Assembly: GCA_002269645.1 (NCBI GenBank)
Contig: NIVC01000254.1
Coordinates: 124,001-188,000, forward strand
From: Macrostomum lignano
Lineage: Eukaryota
DNA length: 64,000 nucleotides
Direction: 5' to 3'
The notes under the pieces were generated by a model. It saw nothing but the letters and a program-made list of their open reading frames with translations, had not been told where the DNA came from and searched no databases. Of the stretch, positions 26,604-39,749 are shown piece after piece. The position numbers and the translations under genes are program-made. Positions within the stretch are counted from its first letter, which is position 1; each line of letters starts with the position of its first letter.

Positions 26604-28572
26604 AGCATGAAAGAGAAAATATTAGCTACTGAGCATACGAGTAATACTAAAAATATATATAAATACTAAATGCTAATCGCTGCTGAAGCTGTAATAGAAG
26701 TGATTGTTGATAAAAAACGAATTGTCTATATATGCAAGCGCTTGGGCTTGCTACCATACCATGCTGTACTGCACCGGAACCTCTCATTGGTCAGTGCCTT
26801 CGGTTGGTATTGAGGTTGCACATATTTTTGCGTCTAGGAAAGCAAAAAAATAGTCATGATTTGATGGAAAGCATTGATTCGGTGTTGAGACGTTTAAGCT
26901 CCTCGGGAAGGGCTCAGTATTTCACAAAAATTCAGAGAGAGTTTTAGTAAATCAGAAGATGCTTATAAATTGAAATTATCTAAAAATTTAGAAAGTCATT
27001 AGCCTGACAGTTTTCATATCGTATAATCATGCGAATAATCACAGAAAGTGAAAATGAGTTACCTAGTACCTACCTAAAATGAGCTTACATACAAACTATC
27101 CACCTATACTAAATCTCTAAGATCTTTATGTTTACTAATATTCAAATAACTAAAAAATGGAGATAAAAACGTTTGAAAAATAAGAAACTTATTTGTGACG
27201 CAATCCGCCGTTTATATTGTGGTTTAGAAAAACAAACTTAAAAACCTTCGAGACTGCGAAAGCATAGCAGCTATAAAAAACGAACTTTGATCGGCGCTAA
27301 ATTTGAGCACTGGAAATGACAAATTTTGCAGATATTACGAGCTAACAGATTTTACTAACATAGAACTTCGAAATCCACAGCCAGAAGCCTGTTGCTTACC
27401 CATAAAAATTTCTGGCGCGCAAGGATTTTTTAGGATCTATATGTGAACTTTATGTAGAGTTGCGGGATTAAAGTGTTGCTTGCAAAAATTTAGGGAAGTG
27501 AGTTTTCGGTAATATAAAGTTATGCGATCTCAAACTTGGGCGTCGTTAAGGTTAGGCAATTTAACAAATCGAAAATTTGTGGAGTGTGAAAGCAACAACC
27601 TTCAGACAAAAAGACAGTTACCTATCAACGGCACATTGTTCAAGAATCGAACGAAACTTTCCCCATGACTATCACTAATTTGAGTACTTTAACAGATCGT
27701 TATTGAAAAAGATATATGAAATTGACAAAAATTACACGTCATATAGCCTCAGAATTCTGGGTTTAGTGCTCAAATAGACAATAACTATTTCAATAATTTT
27801 TTATAGAAAAATAATAAAGGATTTTGAGACTTCTAGGCCAAAACTATATACTCGTATTTATGCATATCTATACGCCCGTATAATAGAAAAAAATTCTAAA
27901 CAACAATTGGGTACGTAAAAATAATAGCATAAACATTAAATAGTTTCCGACAGTAGTAAAGTAGAAAAATCTGTAGCATGTCTTGATGAATACTTTCGGA
28001 AAATTTTAGGAATGCCAAAACCACATTGCCAGTATAAAAGTATGTTTTTACATTGGTAACACTTACATGGCAGCGGACATTAGGTTAGCTGATTTATCGT
28101 AAATTAGAGTGAGCAAACAAAAATACGATTGTAAAAATATTAAAAAACCTCAAACACCAATCGTCTACTTCTGTTCTAAATTGGACGGCTCAATTTAAAA
28201 AAGCATAAGAGCTATGCAGAAAGGTTGAAATGCTGAAATAAGATGGAATCTAAGGTTTATACTCATGCACACAGCCAGTAGCGTAGCCAAGGTCAAGAGG
28301 GACTTAGAGTCCTGACAGAAAAGCTGATAGGAACATGAATTTCTAATAGCCAATGAACAACGCAAGTTTTTATAAGGTATAGAAACACTTAAGTTGTGTG
28401 GACTATAGAAATTCCTATTAATCTTATTTGTCCCACCAATCAGCTATATCGGCTGTCTCAACACAAAGCCAAGAGATCAAACTAGAAATGTATTGACACT
28501 CCCTATCATCGAATAAGTTTAAAACTCGGTAGCTCAGTTTAAAAAACTTTCACAATTTACAAAGTTTTAGTA

Positions 28573-29010
28573 CTAGTGGGCTGACTGACTTTTGACATCA
28601 ACCGAAAGTTTCTCTACACAGCTGAGAGACCTCTGGATCTGCTCCATATCTGCAATATTCGAGTCTAATCTACCAAGCACTTTCTCCCTGCACTCATTCA
28701 CTCTTGCAATGACAGCCTCAAACAGGTCAGCCGTCTCAGCCCGGTCAGTCGTCAGCTCGAATTGAGCAGCTTTAGCGCGGTTGGTGAGCTGCGAAGCACC
28801 AGCGAGTATCGAATCGGTTTCATTCTTAATGCTGGCGAACCGACTTTTAAACTGCTCTTTGTCACTCTCGAGATGCTCAGCGCAGAGAGGCCCGGCCCAA
28901 TAGTGTCCGCGGCCCGAAGCCGGGCTCTGGCAGTGGCTGAGGCTGCACAGTCGGCTTGCTGGTCGATCCTGCTCGTCGCTTGTTGCGCTTGATTTACGTT
29001 TTGTTGCCAT
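28573..29010 (-). CDS. Cluster gene B3: N-terminal-only member (145 aa)
   Basis: Duplicate of B2 with ATG at 29010 and the same stop. The 26-aa upstream extension in the ORF track is probably not used. Confidence 0.75.
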   Translation of the reverse strand: MATKRKSSATSDEQDRPASRLCSLSHCQSPASGRGHYWAGPLCAEHLESDKEQFKSRFASIKNETDSILAGASQLTNRAKAAQFELTTDRAETADLFEAVIARVNECREKVLGRLDSNIADMEQIQRSLSCVEKLSVDVKSQSAH

Positions 29011-29255
29011 TGTTAAAGCATATATGGGCCCAGTTTTCAAAAAAGCAGTCCATGATATTGTCGTGTCAATCAAAAAACAAACTTTCAACCAGATTTTCCA
29101 AAAAATTGTCGGTACTTGTCACTTCATAATTTTCCTACACATTCACAGTTCTTAACCAGAAAGCAAACATAAAATAATTGAATTAATTTAAGCAAAACAA
29201 AGAACTGGTTCAGTCTGCTTAAAAAATGTAAGTAAACGCAGAGACATTAAATATA

Positions 29256-29538
29256 CCCAGAAACATTGAAAAGTCGCCATTACAGAGGATTCCATCTGTG
29301 GTCGCCACTTTTGAGAGAGTGCAGGTAAAGTCTCTCAATCTTTGCGAGTGACGCAACTTAGCTACGCCACGCGGCAGACTTGAGTTGGGGAATGAAGTGG
29401 GGGGAGCGGTGTGCGAGGGTTGGACGGATTGAAGCTACCCCGATCAGTTTTATAGTATCTTTTATTTCATTCATTCAGATTAGTCCAAGAGAAATTGCTC
29501 ACTGGTGCATAGAGTGATAACTTTTCAATGTTGCTGAG
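29256..29538 (+). mobile_element. TA-MITE copy (duplicate of 22547-22829)
   Basis: Near-identical sequence with the same TIRs. Confidence 0.85.
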
Positions 29539-31230
29539 TATATATGTATATTTTAAAAAGTGCCTGCTATAACACAACAAAAGGCATACATGTAGTGTAC
29601 TTCGTATGAGGATACTATAGAGGATCATATACCACACAGCTGACGAGCCAAGTAAACTGAATTGTAAAATAAATTTACGATAAAACTGGGTACCAGTATA
29701 AGCTATCTTAGAAAAATATTCTAATTAAAGCTTACAAGCTAAAAGTAAACACTTACATGCTTTAATTGGTAGATATTGGTAGAATCAATGCGCTATCTTT
29801 AATTTTATTATACAAATTTGACGGTAAGAAATTGTCTTTTTAAAAAAACATTTTTTCTAATAAAAATGATGGAGCGTGGATTCATTACAGAGTAAAAGTA
29901 TTGAAAGAAAAAGAGCCAAACAAAAAGGAGACTAAGCCATTGAAGTGTTTTGAAATGGAAATTAGTATCAACATGAAATAAATCATTGCACGATAACGAA
30001 GCACTGCCGCAGATGATAGATTGGCAGGTACTATTGTTTTTGAGCCCCATATATGCTAAACGTCCGTAGAGAAGTGTGACGATTGTCCACAGTGTTGCAA
30101 CCTATTTGAAACAATGACAAAAATCCTTGTCATTTTATCACGCGCATAATATTTCAATTCGACGCGTTCAATTAGCGATTTGCTTCACGTACACACGGTT
30201 AGTTTGCCAGGCTGTCACCGACTCGATCGCTTGATCTACGACTAGTCGCTGGACTCTTTCTGCAGTTGCTTTTCTGTCTTTTTAAGAAGCATAGCTGAAA
30301 TGCGTAATTCGACAGACTGCCACCGATTGTCACTCAATAGATTGGTCACCTTTTAACTAGAGTTGATTACAAGTGTAATAGCTGATAACAGTGCATTACC
30401 GAAATTAGGTGAAGATAAACCAGCTTTAAAGGAAATCCGGTCAGTACTGTCTCCTTTTGAGATGTTTGACAGAATACTGTGTATTTTGGCTAAGTAAACT
30501 ATAAAAAAGGTTTTGTCGAGAAAGCTGCACCAAAATAAATACAAGCGTAAAAGTAAACGATACCTGTAACAATAAAGAACTCAAATTTTGCAAAAAACAA
30601 GGTGTACCACAAATCTATCATTACTACAAGTGCAGGTAGCTACTTGAGATAATGCTGATACACTTTCTCGATAAATAAAAACCAAGCAAACACTAGAAAG
30701 CTAATCTAAAACCAAGCTGAAATGGAACACAGAGCAACGCCCCGTACTAAACAGGTTATACGAGCATTCGATAGCTGGTCGGACTAGTTGCCTATAAACG
30801 CTGAAATATTCCGTCTGGGTCCCTCACTTTCAGGTCTCTAACAGCAGAGTGACCCTGATGCAAAAAAATCGGAATGGGATCGATGGTCAAAAACACAAAA
30901 TTCTTCTGGTGAAGCCTAGCACGTAGCATCCCCAGCTTGGGATGTCCAGTATTCACCGTGTCTCACAACGGCAGTACGCAGCTGGTAGGGCAGCTACAAA
31001 TCTAGTGTCCTAAAAGATGGAGTATGGAACAAGCTGGATGACACGAGAGTTATATAGTACTGCTTCGTACAATCTATTGGTTTATATGAGCAATTAATGA
31101 TTACATTAGTAGCCCTGTTAGAAGAGTAGAGGCCCATGGGATTATCTGTGAACATATTTACTAACCATCGTTACTGCCAAATAAGTAATCTAAAAAACAC
31201 CATTGCGCTTTATCACCTAAAGAAAATGTA

Positions 31231-31509
31231 CTGAGAAACATTGAAAAGTCGCCAATCTGTGCGCCAATGAGAGATTTCTCTTGGACTATTCTGAAATCTG
31301 AAATAAAAGACGCGAGAAACTGAGGGGTAGCTTTAATCAGTTCAACCCACATACACGGCTTCCCACACTTCATTCCTCAACCAAAGTCAGCCGCGTGGCG
31401 TCGCTAAGTTGCGTCAGTCGCACAGATTGAGATACTTTTTACCTGAATTCTCAAAAGTGGCGACCACAGACGGAATCTTCTGTGATGGCGACTTTTCGAT
31501 GTTGCTAAG
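31231..31509 (-). mobile_element. TA-MITE copy (duplicate of 24541-24817)
   Basis: Near-identical sequence with the same TIRs. Confidence 0.85.
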
Positions 31510-31776
31510 TATATAATTGTCAAGAAAACAACTACTAATTTTTAAAAAACGGAAATGGACTACGTATAAGATATATAAAAATTTGGGCGCGGTTAAAAAC
31601 TTACCACAAAACATACATCAGATTAAAACTGCATGCAAGCAAAATAGTATAGGTAGCAACTAAAAACATTATCCTCGTCTCCGATCAATTTTAAAAAAGG
31701 TCCTTAGTTAAATTATTCGAAATCATACCTTAATAGAGTAAAAGTATCAGAACAAAACGAGCAAACAGCTCCATGA

Positions 31777-33291
31777 TTAATCATAACCAAAAGAAACGCG
31801 CCCAAGGAGTTGGTGACTGCATGACCTGTGCACAAGAAGAACAAAACAGCTTGTGGAATCTAAGTAGGCACCGCTGCAGATTATAGATTGGCAGGTGGTA
31901 TTGTAATTGCCCTGTCGACAAGTTTGGCAATAGTTTACGTAGTTGAAACCCGAGTTTGTCAGACTGAAACTTTTCAAACGCTGCCCTGAGCTGCTTAAAA
32001 AAACAGCATTTCCATTAGTTTCGAACACTGCAATCAATCCAGAGTCAATGACAGCGACACAAAAGTCCTGACTGTCTATCAGCTTCTTCACACCACCGGT
32101 GCCGATGTTTAATCGATGTACAGCTGATGGAGTAGCCAGAATTAAGCTGCGTCCTGAAGCTGTTACACTGCGAGCGTCCTTCACATGATCAGGCAGCGTC
32201 AAGCTCTGCTGCAGCTCAAGTGACTCCAGAGAGAGGCAGTTCACGCAACCGTTGCTGAGAATGTACAGCTTCTCCATGTCATGAGTGAGGCTTATTGGAG
32301 CTTGGCACTGCACATTCTGGACACTTCGCAACTGGGTGCCAGTCAGGTCAGTCACAATTAGGGACTGATTGGTTCCAAGAAGAAATATCTGCTGAAGATG
32401 ATCAACAAGTGTGCCTGAAGCTAGCTGCACTCCGTTGTTACCAACGTTCCACTGACTGATTATTTGCATGTCTGATCTACAGACCATGAAAAACCAATAC
32501 TGCGAATTATTATTAGCCACACAAAAAGTGCTTCCGCTAGGGAGAGCTTGAAATCCGTTTTGGTTTGTCTTCCTGACTGCTTGAGCTGAGAAATAGTATC
32601 CAGTAGTGTTGCAGCAAACAGCAGCGAAAACATAGAAAACATTGCTGGTCAAATTAGGCGCCACCTTAACAGTGGGCACGGCAGACTCAAGTCTAGCGTT
32701 TCGTTTCTTATCCTCAGGATCCTCTGCCTCATCTGCAAAAGTCTCAACAACTTGTTGCAATCTCAGTACCTGCTGCACACTGTTGTCTACCGGATCGACA
32801 AACTCTTCTGATATCGGGGCATCCTCAAGCGAGATCTGGACCTCTTGATGCAGCCTGAATCCTTTAGTTGAAACACCTTTGGCTTCCTCCTCGCCGATCT
32901 CGACCGAAAGTTTCTCTATGAAGCCGAGAGCTATCAAATTCTGCTCCACATTGTCTATTTTAGAGTCCAATCTGCCGATCACATTTTCTCTGCACTGCTG
33001 CAATCTCTGAAAGATTGCGTCAAACAGGTCAGCGGCCTCAGCTCTGTCGCTTGTCAGATCAAACAGAGCTCCTCGGTTTGATTTTAGGAGTTCGTTTGTC
33101 TTCGCTAATGGTTCAGTGTTCTTTGATTTTATATCGGCGTATCTCCCCGCAAAAATCTTCTCATCTTTAGCGAGATGTCGCTCGCAGAGTTGCCCGCTCC
33201 AGAATTTGCCAAGACCTGAGGATGGCTCCGTGCAATGCGTCATGGAGCACGTCTGTGCATCGGATTCTGCATCGACGCTTTCTGTTGCCAT
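31777..33291 (-). CDS. Cluster gene A4 (504 aa)
   Basis: Intact ORF, 5'UTR acceptor before ATG, same architecture. Confidence 0.9.
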   Translation of the reverse strand: MATESVDAESDAQTCSMTHCTEPSSGLGKFWSGQLCERHLAKDEKIFAGRYADIKSKNTEPLAKTNELLKSNRGALFDLTSDRAEAADLFDAIFQRLQQCRENVIGRLDSKIDNVEQNLIALGFIEKLSVEIGEEEAKGVSTKGFRLHQEVQISLEDAPISEEFVDPVDNSVQQVLRLQQVVETFADEAEDPEDKKRNARLESAVPTVKVAPNLTSNVFYVFAAVCCNTTGYYFSAQAVRKTNQNGFQALPSGSTFCVANNNSQYWFFMVCRSDMQIISQWNVGNNGVQLASGTLVDHLQQIFLLGTNQSLIVTDLTGTQLRSVQNVQCQAPISLTHDMEKLYILSNGCVNCLSLESLELQQSLTLPDHVKDARSVTASGRSLILATPSAVHRLNIGTGGVKKLIDSQDFCVAVIDSGLIAVFETNGNAVFLSSSGQRLKSFSLTNSGFNYVNYCQTCRQGNYNTTCQSIICSGAYLDSTSCFVLLVHRSCSHQLLGRVSFGYD

Positions 33292-36200
33292 GGCTGAAAA
33301 GAGAAAATTAGCTAGTAAACATACGAGTAATATTAAATATGTATAAATAATGAGTTCTATGCGCCGCTGAATCTGTGTTATGGACCTGATTTTATGAAAA
33401 ACTAGTCAACATATTTTTAATCCAAATGGCAATAGTAGAATACTGTTAATGCATAGACACTATCGAGAAGTTGTTGAGGTTTAGGTGTTAAAATATGATG
33501 CCTTAATTTTTAAGTCATAAACATCAATTATAAATGCATTACTGAAAATCGAAGGTGACTAGCTACTTTCGTGTTCTAATTTACCAACGGTTACGATATG
33601 TAGCTCGTAAAACAAAAACTTGTGTAGACTTATTCAAGCTGGTAAGCAATAGCAGACAGTGCTTCCAGTTTCTCGCGCGCGCGCTGTCTCTCAATAAAAA
33701 AGGCTACTGTCCACTGGATCGACCCCAGTTATTTAAAACCAGTGCACCTCGAACCGATATCTCAGGCTTCATCCTAGTCTGGAGACTGGAGGCTGCCAAC
33801 AAGATTTCTTTGACTCCGTAACTCTAGTTTCAGCTAAAATATTTTCTAGAAAAACTGTCTGACCCTCATCAGCTCAGTATGAGATTTTAAAATCCAGATT
33901 TTGACATTTTTATTGAGAAACCCAGCCTAGGAGCGTATACGTCTTGAGAGTTTATTAGTAAAAACAGCTCTAAAGTAGACAGGTGTTGACGAAATTAGCT
34001 ATTTTTATTGTCTAAGCCAACAGTGAACTCTAAGCAAAACTCGTAAAAGACTTAGGCTTAGGGCAAAGGGCAAATAGAGCAAAACAGAGCAGCTAACAGT
34101 TATAAATTTTGCTAGCTGAGACGACACTATAGCGAGCAAAAATTTGAAAGCTTTCTGAAGTTGAAGCTGAGTCAAATTCAAAGGTTTCCATGCTTTTCGG
34201 CACCCCAGTTTATGGCGCCTAAATTAGAAGGTAATCTAAATTTTGAATCTGGGGGAATCACAGAAAAAATACCCACTAATCCGGGCTTGTGTACAAACCC
34301 TAATGCTGCAGTCAACGCAACCTACTACTCAAGTGATTCCCGATTGTCTCTCCAAATCCCAGCTAGATTCTAAACCAGTCGAATCCAAAAACACGCGGGG
34401 GACAGCGGCTTACGTGGCGTTTTTCAGCAGCGGAGAATAGTCGCTCGTATATTGGCAGATTACGATTAGGAGCGCTGACGAACAGAGCAGGTGTACGCGA
34501 TCGAAAAAGGGGCAGCTGAAGATCGCCAATTGAACACAGTTTAAGCCTAAACGGGAGGACAGGAAAGCAGTCCGGAGAGGGCCGAGAAAGTGGCCTGTAA
34601 GGGATCTCAATAAATAGAGCTGCCAGGCCGGGCGCATGGGGGAGGGGAGAAAGAACTTGGGAAAAGAAAACCGGGAGTTAAGTAGACACAACAAAGGCCC
34701 AGCCAATCAATTAGAGCAAGATGACTTAACCCTGGGCATCCAATCACACGCGAGACGGAAGTAACACCACCACAACTAGACTACATTAGCAGAAGGTATA
34801 AAAATGGGTGACTATTTGGGGGCGGGGGGTGACTAAGCAGCCAGACGGCTACAAGGGTGGGTTGGGGCCGACAGTGCACTAAAATCAAGCAAGGCTGGCT
34901 AGGTGGAGAACTACACGTGTAGCCCATTCACTACATAAAAATAAATGCTCTACAACACCTAAAAATAATTAACTATAGTATCATTCATTTTGATAAGCTG
35001 ATGTGCTTGTTACTGACATTGCAGAGTCTCTCATTAAGAAATTCATTAGCTGTACCCAAAAACTGTAGGAAACCTGCGTGTTAAGAAGGCTTAGTGGCCA
35101 AATGATGAAGTCTATAACCAATACTATGTACAATCAAAAGAACGATTACAAAAATATATTTTTTTCTCATTGCTCCGTTATGGAATCACTAAATTTCTTA
35201 GAAAATCGAAACATAAAAAACAAGTTCTACTTTTTTAGTATTCAATAAAAGTAAAACAGAAACTTAAAAGGCTAAGTACATGTATATTAAAATATCAAAA
35301 TTGCTAACGAATCAATTAAATCAAACTGTAAAAAATTGACAAGAAAAATAAACTAAGTACAAGAACATATAAAATTGCACACAATGTTGCTAAAACATAA
35401 AAATTGATCAGAAGTTAAATTTTGCAATTGGTAAGGCACACAAATAGGTGCACAAAACTACTATTACTGAAATCACAGGTAAATAATGGCTATTCTGGAT
35501 ATACACTTTCACCATAAAATCTAAGCAAAAGACCACAAGCTTGTGTAAAACCAAGCTGAGGGAGGTAAAATCAAAACAGACATAAAATAGAAAGCTTAGC
35601 TAATCTTAGTTCTTATTTTAAATTCCAATAATTTCCACAAGGATGTCACCTTAAAGCTCTACAATGGGAAGCAAAGCTAGGTCCCGCACCAAACCGACTG
35701 GAATGCATAACTGTTCGGTACAGTTGCCTAAAATCGCCCAGATCCCGTCGCGGTCTCTCCCTTGATGTCTTAGAGAATAAAGTGCATAAAATGGGGATAT
35801 AACGTCAATTTAGGACATTAAAGAACCCAAACCGAAGCCTTAAAGCTACTGGAATCGGTAGCTGGTCCGACCAATTGATTAGAAACGCGAACATGTCAAT
35901 CCGGTCTCCTCTTAGAAACATCAGGTCTGCTCAACAAATTGTACAAGTAGCAAATCACGAATTGCATCACTTTATTTTTACTTTCATTCCAGTACTTAGT
36001 TAGACCTCCCATATGTAAATATAAAAAACAGATGGAAATAGACGAAAACGGCCCATATGCTCTATGGCAATAGTTGGAGTACATAAAAAACAATAAAAAG
36101 TGAGTTGACGGAAAAATGAGCATTGGAAATCAGCATTGAATTTTTTTTTACTTTTATAGCGTTTACTGAAATAAATTCTAATTCTTATTTAAAGCAATTC

Positions 36201-36954
36201 AAATTACTCAAATCACTGTTTTAAAATTCTATCACAGCATGTTCTATAACATTCGATAGCTTGGCCACAGCGGGAAATATGGTTTAGAATCAAAAGCACC
36301 ACAATTAAGCGCCAACTAACTTATCACGCAAATTTTCTTAGACAGAATACTGAAGGGGCCACAACAATACAAACTAATTCCAAGAAAAAGTAATAACTTA
36401 GATGTACAGCTCGTCAAAAATCAAACTGAACTGCAAACAAGCAAACTCTAAAGTGCAAATAAAACGGAAGATTTTTAACTTATTTTATAAATTTTTTGCA
36501 TAAACATAAATTTGACTAAGCAAACATAAACTTTAGTAGACTTGCAGATACAGAAATAACTTCATATTTTACTTTCAAGACCATACTATCACTAAAAACC
36601 AGCCAAAGCAATACAGTGAGTGACATCTCCGGTGGATATTAGTGACTGCTTTTCAGAAAATACTCGTACAAAAAAATACGGAAAAACTGCTTTGAGTTTT
36701 GAGTTTTTAGTAAAATACACTGAACTTCAGATTATTTATGATCGATGGGCACGTCAAAAAAAGTCGAGGGTTGAAACCGCTTAACCACAGCTATGTATAA
36801 TACTATATTAAAACAGCCAACAAACAAAAACTGTTTGTTCATATAAACTTAAATTATGCTCTTTCTTTCCGATAGATTTTAAACATTGTCATTAGTTAAC
36901 TTATTCCAGATGATATCTTGCAATGAGTAGCAGTATCTGAAACGAGGTAACAGC

Positions 36955-37170
36955 TCAATATTCACCAACAGAAACGCGCCCAAGGAGTCGGTGACAAAAT
37001 GGCATCTGCACAATAACAACGAAACAGCTTCTGGAATTTAAATAGGCTCCGAAGCCGATAATATAGTAGGTGACAGTATTCATACTACACTCTGCACCAG
37101 CTTGACTATTGTGATTCAATTTAAAACCAGAGTTTGACAGAGTGAAACTTTTTAACTGCTGCCCTGAGAC
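36955..37170 (-). pseudogene. Class A C-terminal remnant
   Basis: SGQQLKSFTLSNSGF…GAYLNSRSCFVV…CHRLLGRVSVGEY* matches the class A last blade. The CxxC motif is lost. Confidence 0.75.
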
Positions 37171-38185
37171 ATTCTCAGCTGGTCTGCCCATGAGGTTTGC
37201 CCATTATGTAAGCTTGATACGAAAAATCGGACATATTTGCAACAGAATGTTCATAGTCACTTGGTGTAACCTGTTGAAGGTGCCGACGGCGTCCGGGTGT
37301 TGACGGAATGCTCAAGAGACTAGCTGAGGATGTCCAGCAGTTGATTCTTGCCCGCTGTCGAGGCTTGATCAGTGAATCTAGAGAAATTCTAATCAGGCTG
37401 TCCATAGTCACCTGGTGTCATCTGTTGAAGGTCCAGAAGCTCCGCCTGGGTGAAGGCTAGTGACCAACAAAGACAGAGCTAATGCAGACACATGTGGTCG
37501 ACGTGCTGTTGAAATTTGGAGACTTGGCAAGGCTGCACTGAGGCGCAGTGCTGATTGGCGCACAGGGGTGTACTGAATACACTAGCGCTTATGGGAAAAA
37601 TCCGACCTTCAGGTAGAATCGTCGAATATCTCGACGGTCCGGAGGGCTGGCGACTTGATTCTTGTTTGAGAATGTGCGCAACAAAAAGTTAGTCCGTGTT
37701 CTTGAATTTCGTGTGCCTGCGTTGCTTCGTTCGGCGCAGCAAAAAAATTGTCTTTGATTTCCCCCCCCCCTCTTGGTAGTTCTACTGTTAATTGGTCTTC
37801 AGTTCACTTTAGAATCAATCAATGCAATACAGTAGCCATTGGCGAAAGTCTGCTGGCGTAGTGACAACTTACATTATGTTAAAACGCATTTCCGATAAAT
37901 ACATTTATATGATTTAAATCCTGACCAACATATCAAAAAGAAGACGCCGTTTGAGAACAAATGACCGGAAAACATCTTAAGATCTTAAAAATCTCAAAAC
38001 ATCTCAAAAATTGCAAGCAAAATTGTGGGGTTTTATTGTACGCTCGTAGATGTTGCAGTTAGCTTCATCTATAAAGCTACTTGTCTTCGATAAATTTTAA
38101 ACTGCGTCGTTAGTTAGCTTTTTCGAAATGATACCTTACTAGAGTAAAGTAAAAGTCTGAACAAAACTGCATAACAGCGACTGGA

Positions 38186-39533
38186 TTAACCAATAGAAAC
38201 GCGCCCAAGGAGTCGGTGTCCGCATGACATGTGCACAAGAAGAACGAAACAGCTTGTGGAATCTAAGTAGGCACCGCTGCAGACTATAGATTGCCAGGTG
38301 GTATTGTAATTGTTCTGTCGACAAGTTTGGCAATAGTTTACGTAGTTGAAACCCGAGTTTGTCAGACTGAAACTTTTCAACCGCTGCCCTGAGCTGCTCA
38401 CAAAAACAGCATTTCCATTAGTTTCGAACACTGCAATCAATCCAGAGTCAATGACAGCGACACAAAAGTTTTGACTGTCCATCAGCTTTATCACACCACC
38501 GGTGCAGATGTTTAATCGATGTACAGCTGATGGGGTGGACAGTATTAAGCCGCGTCTTGAAACTGCTACACTCCGAGCGTCCTTCAAATGATCAGGCAGC
38601 TTCAAGCTCTGCTGCAGCACAAGCGACCCCAGAGAGAGGCAGTTCACGCAACCGTTGCTAAGAATGTACAGCTTCTTCATGTCATGAGTGAGGCGTAGTG
38701 GAGGTTGGAACTGCACATTATGGACACTTCGCAACTGGGCGCCACTCAGGTTAGTCTGAATTAGGGACCGATTGGTTCCAAGAAGAAATATCTGCTGAAG
38801 ATGATCGACAAGAGTACCTGAAGCTAGCTGCACTCCGTTGCTACCAACGTTCCACTGACTGATTATTTGCATGTCTGAATTACAGACCATGAAAAACCAA
38901 TACTGCTTAGCCACACAAAAAGTGCTTCCGCTAGGGAGAGCTTGAAATCCGTTTTGGTGAAAAATGACCATGACAAACAGCAATATATTCATACGACACA
39001 AAAAAGTGCTTCCGCTAGGCTTTTAGATTCTTGTTTTTTGAGACTGCTTGCCTGATGAGAAACAGTCTACCATCGAGTATTGTTTCTGATATCGGGGCAT
39101 CTTCAAGCGAGATCTGGACCGCTTGATGCAGCCTGAATCCTTTAGTTGAAACACCTTTGGCTTCCTCCTCGCCGATCTCGACCGAAAGTTTCTCTATGAA
39201 GCAGAGCTCTCAAGTTCTGCTCCACATTGTCTATTTTAGAGTCCAATCTGCTCATCACATTTTCTCTGCACTGCTGCAATCTCTGAAATTCAGCGGCCTC
39301 AGCTCTGTCGCTGGTCAGATCAAACAGAGCAACCCTGTTTGCTTTTAACAGTTCATCTGTCTTCGACAATACCTCAGTGTTTTTTGAAATCGGCGTATCT
39401 CTTTGTAAAAATCTTCTCATCTTTAACGAGACGCAGAGTAGCCCGCTCCAGAATTTGCCGAGACCGGACGAGGGTTCCGTGCAACGCGTCATGGTGCACG
39501 TCTGTGCATGGGATTCTGCATTTCAGTTGCCAT
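38186..39533 (-). pseudogene. Class A pseudogene A5 (frameshifted 5' part, internal deletion/rearrangement ~38955-39090, intact propeller half)
   Basis: 38186-38955 encodes a clean propeller half. 39090-39533 carries the N-terminus with several small deletions. ACACAAAAAGTGCTTCCGCTAGG is duplicated at the junction. Confidence 0.85.
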
Positions 39534-39749
39534 AGCTAAAAAGAGAAATAATAAACATAGTATTAGCTATTAAACATATGAGAAATACAATATTGTCTTG
39601 ATAGAAGATACACCGGTTGTGCCAACAGAGAACTCTGTATATTATTTGCAGATAGCTGCTCTTCGTAGCAGTACAATGTCATTAGAAACAGAGAGAAGCT
39701 AGAAGGAAGATAGCTCAGAGGCAATACAGCAATTGGACTTTATTGGCTC

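Larger units (their letters stand above)
20563..33291. repeat. ~6.7-kb tandem segmental duplication (20563-26603 vs 27270-33291; also 13200-14579 vs ~25900-27269)
   Basis: Constant offset of ~6690-6710 (23663/30353, 25086/31777, 21861/28573). Long spacer stretches are identical by eye. Confidence 0.93.

Noticed and set aside
29808-30050. ORF MGLKNNSTCQSIICG (also at ~23100-23360)
   Set aside because: Only ~30 bp resemble the family C-terminus, and the rest is AT-rich non-coding DNA. Treated as a relic.
33550-35920. Possible TE or LINE relics between A4 and the 36955 remnant
   Set aside because: No TIRs, TSDs or clear motifs were found.
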